IMG/VR virus record: IMGVR_UViG_3300042306_001197 | Coordinates: 1-62,021 of that record | Direction: 5' to 3' (one strand) | Source of the DNA: a virus | Lineage: Duplodnaviria; Caudoviricetes | DNA length: 62,021 nt | Part shown: one piece after another, positions 55,621-62,021 of the stretch | Position numbering within the stretch: position 1 is the first letter of the stretch | Layout: each line of letters begins with the position of its first letter | Program-made: the position numbers and the translations under genes | The notes under the pieces: model-generated | The model's database searches: none | Told to the model about the DNA's origin: nothing | What the model saw: the letters and a program-made list of their open reading frames with translations, nothing else

Positions 55621-58239
55621 ATGGCAAACGCATATTCTACACCGATTAACTACGGACAAACAATACCAACCACAGATCTAGCACAGTATTTGGGGACTAT
55701 TCAGCATGGGATGCAGCAAAAATTTGATGTAAACTTGGCAAAAATAGACGAGCTTATATCTAAAGTTTCTGCGGTACCTTTGGCTAGAGATAAGGATAAG
55801 AGATATTTAGGAGAGAGATTACAAAACCTACTTTCAGTAGTAGATGCAAACTCTAAAATTGATCTTACCGACAATGTAGTTGCTAGACAAATAACAGGAC
55901 AAATTGCATCGGCTATTGATGATAATGTCAGAACTCAACTACAGAACTCTGCTAAAATAAATAGCTTTAATCAAGAGCTGTCAACAATAAAGGCAAAAAA
56001 GCCTGAACTTTACAATGCCGCAAATCACGGATATGCTTTGGAGCAAGCTGGGTTTAACTCTTATATGAATGAGGATATAGACGAATTAGGGTCTTTATCT
56101 TATAGCCCATATATAGATGTAACTCAGAGCATGCTAAAAAAAGTAAAAGACCTAAAAGATTTAAAGGGAGATGAAGTAATACAAATACCCGATCCCCTAA
56201 ATCCAGGAGGTATGAGAGAAAGAACCATAAAAGGTTTGACTAAAGAAGAGCTTTTTCAGTATATGCCAAACATACTTACATCTGAAGAACAAAATCAGTT
56301 AAAGATAAATGGATGGGCTAACTATAAAGATAACTTAGTTGGAGCAAAAGCTAAATTATCTGAGTATTCTGAAAAGAGCCTTAGAAACTATGATGATGAA
56401 ATTTCTCATCAGCAAACCATAGTAGACAACAAAGCATTATCAGAAGAAGAAAGAGCGATTGCAAAGTCAAAGATAGAGGCTACAAAAAAAGGAAAAGAAG
56501 TTTTTTCAGAAAATCTAAAATCTATAAACGTAAATAAAGCAGATTCTATAGGATACTTCTTAGAATTGAATTCTTGGAAAGACGGATTTTCAGAGTTAGC
56601 AAGTGCTAGGGTATCTGAAAAATACGTAAAAAATGATTACTACTTTGAGGTAGAAAACTTAAAAATAAAACAAGAAGAGCTTGGCATTAAAAGAGCAGAA
56701 GCCCTAGCAAAAGCAGGGGTAGACGCAAATGGAAAACCTATTGTTAACCCAAATAGTGTATCTATAGCTAAGAGAGAGGGAGCTTTACCTGAAAATCTTG
56801 ATGCTATAGGAGCTCTTAAAAAAGACTACGATGACACTTATAATAGTATTGTAAGTGAAGTAAAGGCTGCATATGATAGCGAAAGTATGCCAGAAGAAGT
56901 TAAGAAGAACTTCAAATCAACTCTTGCTAAATATGGATATTCCCCAGACGGTACTATAATAAACGAAGCTTTAGCAAAAGGTAATTCAAGAGCTTCTGCA
57001 ATGAAAGTAGCTTTTGATAGTTCAAAAATGGGTGTGTATAGACCAGATGCAGCTAAAGCTTTAAGTGGATTAGACGCAAAAAGATTAAGTATAGCAACTG
57101 ACATAGCTGTACCTAAAGGCGAAGCTATAAAAGAAACATTTATAGCAAATCCTGATTCTTATGTGAGAGGGTTTACAAATGTACTAAAGAATCTAGAAAC
57201 ACCTACAAGAGCGGCTGCAAGTCCAGGTATAGGGGGTTCAGCAACAATGACAAGTAGCGACATAAACCCAAAAGTTTTAAAAGAAGCTAAAGATTTTCTA
57301 CAAAACAATGGTGGAGCAAAGGGATTAAAACAAGCTCTATTAAAAGATCCAAGAAAGATCCAAGAGTTTAACAGGATATCTAAGGCTATAGGTGGGGCTG
57401 GTGCAAACTTAGAAAGCGACTCTAAAAAAGTAGCCAACGAAAAACTGTCAAAAAATACAGAGAAAGGAAGAACAGCCTATTTTAATACTTTCCAGATAGC
57501 TAATATTACAGATGAAAAAGCTAGAGAGATTATCATAAGCAAAATACCACAAACAGAGAGTGGTCAAATATTTGACTCTAAAAAACCTTTATCGTTTTAT
57601 AAAAACGAAGATGGAAGCGTAACAATAACTCAAAATGCAGGACTTGGTGAAAACAAAGAAGGTATTTGGGCTAAAGCAAGACCTGAGGTAAGAGTAGATA
57701 AAGAAGACGATTTATATAAAGATCTTATGAACTACGTTGATATAAATGAGTCAAATAGAGGTTTAGATGCAAGTAGGACAAAGATAAAAATAAAGCCTGA
57801 AACTACACCTAGCTTTAATAGTTCAAATAATGAAATTATTTTAAGCAAAGTGGCAGAATCTATAAAAACTTTATCTCCAGATGTTACAAGTCAGTTTGTG
57901 GCACCCCCGGCTAATTTTGTAACAAAAAAAGATACAAAGAATGTATTTTTAGCAACTTTGGCAGGTGACATACCAAAAGCAGATATAGAAGCTTTTGTTG
58001 AGAAGTTACCTAGTAAGTTAAAAGACTTTGATGTAGAGTTAAAACCTATGGATGGAGTTTGGGCAGTTAATATAGAAACTAAAAATGGTTTGCTTATAAA
58101 AGAGTACTCTACAAAATCTCAGTTTTTACAACAAGACATGGCTTATTTAGTAAACCATCACCCAGAGATAATAATAAGTAATGCTTTGTTAGTATACTTA
58201 AAAGATAACCCTGAGAAAATTAATACAATATTAAAATAA
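55621..58239 (+). CDS. Large helical virion cargo/ejection protein
   Basis: 872-aa helical protein immediately before the giant ORF. Role is inferred from synteny. Confidence 0.6.
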   Translation: MANAYSTPINYGQTIPTTDLAQYLGTIQHGMQQKFDVNLAKIDELISKVSAVPLARDKDKRYLGERLQNLLSVVDANSKIDLTDNVVARQITGQIASAIDDNVRTQLQNSAKINSFNQELSTIKAKKPELYNAANHGYALEQAGFNSYMNEDIDELGSLSYSPYIDVTQSMLKKVKDLKDLKGDEVIQIPDPLNPGGMRERTIKGLTKEELFQYMPNILTSEEQNQLKINGWANYKDNLVGAKAKLSEYSEKSLRNYDDEISHQQTIVDNKALSEEERAIAKSKIEATKKGKEVFSENLKSINVNKADSIGYFLELNSWKDGFSELASARVSEKYVKNDYYFEVENLKIKQEELGIKRAEALAKAGVDANGKPIVNPNSVSIAKREGALPENLDAIGALKKDYDDTYNSIVSEVKAAYDSESMPEEVKKNFKSTLAKYGYSPDGTIINEALAKGNSRASAMKVAFDSSKMGVYRPDAAKALSGLDAKRLSIATDIAVPKGEAIKETFIANPDSYVRGFTNVLKNLETPTRAAASPGIGGSATMTSSDINPKVLKEAKDFLQNNGGAKGLKQALLKDPRKIQEFNRISKAIGGAGANLESDSKKVANEKLSKNTEKGRTAYFNTFQIANITDEKAREIIISKIPQTESGQIFDSKKPLSFYKNEDGSVTITQNAGLGENKEGIWAKARPEVRVDKEDDLYKDLMNYVDINESNRGLDASRTKIKIKPETTPSFNSSNNEIILSKVAESIKTLSPDVTSQFVAPPANFVTKKDTKNVFLATLAGDIPKADIEAFVEKLPSKLKDFDVELKPMDGVWAVNIETKNGLLIKEYSTKSQFLQQDMAYLVNHHPEIIISNALLVYLKDNPEKINTILK

Positions 58240-58240
58240 T

Positions 58241-61200
58241 ATGGATTTTAACCCAGAGAAATTAGCCAACCAGGAAGTAGACCTATTCATTAAAAATTTG
58301 AATAAGTCTGCTAACCCAGAGATAAATACTGTAGGAGATAGTATAAGAAGTTCTTATACTAAGCCTAATCCAGCTACAATGGTTCCTGACTGGTATGATA
58401 CAGCTAGTTCTAGGCAACAAGAGAATATTTTTGGACCAACAGTAAAACCTACTTTAGAAAAAAGAAATTATAATGTAGATCAAGCTTATGCAAAGTTAAA
58501 TGACGGTACATACATAGCTAAGTACGATACTTTTAAAGAAGGTAGAGATAATGCAGAGTATTTTGCACAAACTCAAGCAACCTCAGATAAGTGGATTAAT
58601 GGACTTACTAAATTTACAGGTAAGTTAGCTACAGGGATAGTAGGAGGTACAGTAGGTACAGTGTACGGAATTACTCAAGGGATTAAAGAGGGAAGCTTTA
58701 GAGCTACCTATGACAACGATTTTCTAAACTATTTAGATGACTTAGATCAAAAATTAGACTATAAGCTACCAAACTATTACTCAAAATCTGAAAAAGAGGC
58801 TGGGTTTTTTGGTAGTTTAGGTTCAGCGAATTTTTGGGCTAAAGATGTGCTAGGTGGTGCGGCATTTACTGTATCAGCCATAGGGTCTGAAGCAATATGG
58901 GCTTGGGCAACTGGTGGTACATCTTTAGCAGCAACAGGAGCTAGACTAGGTATGAGAGCCGAAAGGCTTTTAGGAGAAGGCAGTATGGCACTAAGAGCCA
59001 TAAACAAGACAAAAGATTTAGTGCTATCTCCAGTAAGAACAGCATTCTCAAAAGCTGCAGAGGCAGAAACGTTAGTTAATAAAACTATGTCAGTAGCTTC
59101 TGCGACAAAGCTTGGGAAAGCTGGTGCTATGGCAAATACTGCAAGATTTATGTACACCTCTGCAGGATTTGAAGCAGGGGTTGAAGCTAGATCTTACATA
59201 AGAGAACAAAGAGAGTCATTTGACCAAATGTTTGAGAGCAAAAATGGAAGAGCAGCTACACCAGAAGAAAGAAAGGATTTTGAAGAGAATTTAACAAACT
59301 CAGCAAACGCTTTATATGGAGCAAATACAATAATAGTAGGTACAAGTAATCTAGCCATGATAGGCAAGATAGCGGACATAAAAAACCCTTTAACTTCTCC
59401 TACTAGATGGGTAAACTCTAAGATATTTGGTGCTGGGGTAAAATCAACAGAAGCAGGATTAGAAAAAATAGCAACAAGTAAAGCACAAAAAATTGGGCAA
59501 TACGCATGGAGCTTATCAAAAGGGCCACTTACAGAAGGGGTTTGGGAAGAAGGTATGCAATCTGTAGCAAGTAACACAGCTAAAAATTGGATTAACGCAA
59601 AGTACGACCCAAAATATACAAAAGATACACTATCATTAACAGAAGCTTTTAACGATGGATTATCCCAAACTTATGGTACCAAAGAGGGTATGAAAGAAGT
59701 TGGTATAGGTATGTTGATAGGTCTTATTACAGGTACAGGTATAGGAGTTGCTAGCGGTAAAGGTATTAACTCTGAGTTTTATAATGTAAACAAGAGAACT
59801 GAAGGGTTAGAAAGCTTATCTAAGTACTATTCCCCAAAAAAAATGGCAGAGAATTTTGCCTATGCAAATAGAGTACAGCTAGCTAATGAGTCTTATGAGT
59901 CAGCTAATGCAAAAGGAGACATAGTTGGTGGAGAACTTGCTAGAAAATCCTCTGCAATAGCTCAGTTAAACTACGCATATAACTTAGACTACTTTGATCA
60001 GACCATAAGTGATACAGAAATAGCTATAAAAAATATAGACAATCAGACTATAATGAAAGAGCACGGAGTGGACGAAAAAGGTGCCATGGCTTTGAAGGAT
60101 AGTATGATACAAGAATATAAAGATACAGCTAAAACTTTTAAAAAGTATAGAGACTTTTCCGAATATTTTGTTAGTGATAAGTTAACTAAGGAGAAAGAAT
60201 TATTAGGAGATCACAATGCAGACAGTGTTAAAGAAGCAATTGCTTACGAATTGACACTAGGAGAGAGTGCTCATAATTTTTCTGGAGACTTACTTCAAGC
60301 AATTAAGCAAAAAGTAGGAACTAGCATACTAGGCACAGATATTTCAAATGCTTTAAATATCGAAGACATTCTTTTAAAAGCAGGTAAAGAGACTAAAGTT
60401 GAGGCTACCAAAAAAGAAAAGCAAGCTAAGGCTATAGCTAGAGAAATAGAAACTTTAGATAAAGAGTACTTAAATTTAGAGGCTACCTTTAACAACACAA
60501 GGACAGACGAAGAAAAGAAAACTTTCTTGGGTACAATGGACTCTAACAGAGCCAAAAAGACTAAGTTAGAAAAAGAAAGAGAGGTTTTAACTTCTGAATA
60601 CAATGCCTTATTGAGTTCTGCAAAACTAAAAAACCCATTTGGAAAATACGGTGATGAAGTTTTCATAAGCACTAAGACATTAGAAGATAGAGTTAATAAA
60701 GTTAACAACATAAATGAGATAATAAAAGCTCATCAAACAGTTGACCCTCAAGAGGCATTACAACTAGAGAAGCTTGTAAAAGAGTATTCTAAGTCTATCT
60801 ACGCATTCCAAAGATATGCTGAATTGTCAAGACAATTGTCTGACCCTACATTGGGGCTAAGAGGTAAAAGAAATATTATCTCTGAAATTATGTCAGAAAA
60901 GTCGCCTAGCCAAGCCACAGTAGAGACATTAGAAAAACTAATGGAGGGATACGAAGAAAGATTAGGGCAAAACTTGGAAGAAATAGTATCTCAACAAGAG
61001 GATGTTGAAAAAGTTATTTCAGAGGACAAAGATAAAAAAGGAGCCACTATTGATAAGATTAACCAAGACACAAGTAATGAGTCTGTGCAAAATCTTAGAG
61101 CTAAGGAGCAAGAGGAGTTAGTAAGAGAGATACCAAATATCGAAGATTACAAAGTAGACGGTAAGGTAGACAAAAGTAAGATAACTGATCCAAAGGATAG

Positions 61201-62021
61201 AGCCAAGTTTGAAGAGATTTATAATAAGTACGATAAACTTATAAGCCCTTTACTAAACAAAAGTGCTGAAAACACAGAGGCTAAAAAATCTATAAGAGAC
61301 ACTGTTCTTGAAATGATAAATAATAGTCCATACTTATTAGATTATTTTGGAGAAGGAGTCCCAGTTTTGCCTACTCAGGAAGAGTTAGATGAGTATACAG
61401 ATTTAGCTAGCAGGGCAATAAATGACCCTAAGATAGATAATGACACTATAGCTTACAAAAACCCTTACTCTTACAATAGACTAACACCAACAACAAGACC
61501 GTCATTGAAAAAGGCAGAAGTAGCTAGACTACAAGAGCTTAATAATAAGATGTCCAAATGGGGTCTTTTAGGGGCTTACTCAAATGCAGGAGGGGTTAGT
61601 ATAAAAGATATGTTACTACAAGATATAGCAGTAAACCAATCAGTTGACCCTATTATAACATCTGAAGTTACAGAAGATGAGTTAGTAACTAATTCAAACG
61701 TAGAGCCAAAACAAACAGATAAAGGAGATGGAATAAGAAATGAAGAGGTACTTCAAGTCTATCAAGATGTTTTCATAAAAAGAAATCAAACTGGTACTAC
61801 TATATCACATCTATCTTTACCAGGACTTTTGTCTAGAATGGATATTTCAGATAGTATAGGTTATGCACAAGTAACTACAAATAAAGGCAAACAAGTAATC
61901 AAAAAAGGATCTATAAAAACTATAGATATTTCTCAAGTAGAAGATAATTTAGTTCCAGGTGCCAATTTTGTATTGACTTTTTCTGATGGAGAAACAGCTA
62001 CTATATCAGTGAAAAGAAGCG
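58241..62021 (+). CDS. Giant virion cargo protein, N-terminal 1260 aa (runs off right edge; not in ORF track)
   Basis: ATG 58241 (MDFNPEKLANQEVD...). The frame was open where checked, at the start, at 58801 and at the window end. Gly/Ala-rich hydrophobic segments (GIVGGTVGTVYGI, VLGGAAFTVSAIG, VGIGMLIGLITGTGIGV) and EG..EEG.Q suggest an ejected membrane-spanning protein. Confidence 0.8.
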   Translation, partial: MDFNPEKLANQEVDLFIKNLNKSANPEINTVGDSIRSSYTKPNPATMVPDWYDTASSRQQENIFGPTVKPTLEKRNYNVDQAYAKLNDGTYIAKYDTFKEGRDNAEYFAQTQATSDKWINGLTKFTGKLATGIVGGTVGTVYGITQGIKEGSFRATYDNDFLNYLDDLDQKLDYKLPNYYSKSEKEAGFFGSLGSANFWAKDVLGGAAFTVSAIGSEAIWAWATGGTSLAATGARLGMRAERLLGEGSMALRAINKTKDLVLSPVRTAFSKAAEAETLVNKTMSVASATKLGKAGAMANTARFMYTSAGFEAGVEARSYIREQRESFDQMFESKNGRAATPEERKDFEENLTNSANALYGANTIIVGTSNLAMIGKIADIKNPLTSPTRWVNSKIFGAGVKSTEAGLEKIATSKAQKIGQYAWSLSKGPLTEGVWEEGMQSVASNTAKNWINAKYDPKYTKDTLSLTEAFNDGLSQTYGTKEGMKEVGIGMLIGLITGTGIGVASGKGINSEFYNVNKRTEGLESLSKYYSPKKMAENFAYANRVQLANESYESANAKGDIVGGELARKSSAIAQLNYAYNLDYFDQTISDTEIAIKNIDNQTIMKEHGVDEKGAMALKDSMIQEYKDTAKTFKKYRDFSEYFVSDKLTKEKELLGDHNADSVKEAIAYELTLGESAHNFSGDLLQAIKQKVGTSILGTDISNALNIEDILLKAGKETKVEATKKEKQAKAIAREIETLDKEYLNLEATFNNTRTDEEKKTFLGTMDSNRAKKTKLEKEREVLTSEYNALLSSAKLKNPFGKYGDEVFISTKTLEDRVNKVNNINEIIKAHQTVDPQEALQLEKLVKEYSKSIYAFQRYAELSRQLSDPTLGLRGKRNIISEIMSEKSPSQATVETLEKLMEGYEERLGQNLEEIVSQQEDVEKVISEDKDKKGATIDKINQDTSNESVQNLRAKEQEELVREIPNIEDYKVDGKVDKSKITDPKDRAKFEEIYNKYDKLISPLLNKSAENTEAKKSIRDTVLEMINNSPYLLDYFGEGVPVLPTQEELDEYTDLASRAINDPKIDNDTIAYKNPYSYNRLTPTTRPSLKKAEVARLQELNNKMSKWGLLGAYSNAGGVSIKDMLLQDIAVNQSVDPIITSEVTEDELVTNSNVEPKQTDKGDGIRNEEVLQVYQDVFIKRNQTGTTISHLSLPGLLSRMDISDSIGYAQVTTNKGKQVIKKGSIKTIDISQVEDNLVPGANFVLTFSDGETATISVKRS

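Noticed and set aside
1422-60711. Numerous opposite-strand or nested ORFs in the track (for example 1422-1733, 5026-5331, 10555-11061, 25923-26348, 28184-28549, 58777-60711)
   Set aside because: They are shadows of long genes with recognisable motifs, have low-complexity S/F/L composition, and lack their own promoters.
2529-62021. Stop-codon reassignment (TAG or TGA), known in some crAss-like phages
   Set aside because: Genes tile densely under the standard code, and TAG ends genes right before the next start (for example 4308 and 40309).
1-62021. tRNA, rRNA, integrase, transposase or CRISPR array
   Set aside because: No such signatures were recognised, and intergenic gaps other than 1973-2528 are short and occupied by promoters or terminators.

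Overview
An AT-rich segment of a large lytic-type dsDNA phage of Bacteroidota, with crAss-like (Crassvirales-related) podovirus gene order. The host assignment rests on repeated Bacteroidota-type promoters (TTTG-N19/20-TAnnTTTG) and Bacteroidota-style signal peptides. The left 2 kb (minus strand) holds recA and a superfamily-2 helicase, followed by a structured 0.55-kb divergent intergenic region. Everything from 2529 on is plus strand: small proteins, terminase large subunit, portal, scaffold-like protein, major capsid protein and conserved capsid-module genes. A 21-kb accessory block follows (holin, tail fibres, exported envelope proteins, GH19 endolysin, spanin-like pair, Cys/Thr-rich decoration proteins, two glycosyltransferases). 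After it come tail tube/IHF/muzzle genes, cargo proteins and a giant ORF running off the right edge. Best candidates for undescribed biology: (1) an exported-protein operon with two CsgG-like proteins, a cohesin-dockerin-cohesin protein, a lipid-anchored stand-alone T9SS-CTD-like domain and an outer-membrane barrel; (2) mucin-like Thr tracts in virion proteins next to a plant HPAT/SERGT-like protein glycosyltransferase; (3) cargo polyproteins punctuated by about 20 xxxGG motifs; (4) a muzzle gene split by a direct-repeat-flanked lectin-domain cassette; (5) a candidate ~350-nt structured RNA. All family calls come from motif recognition by eye; no database search was run.
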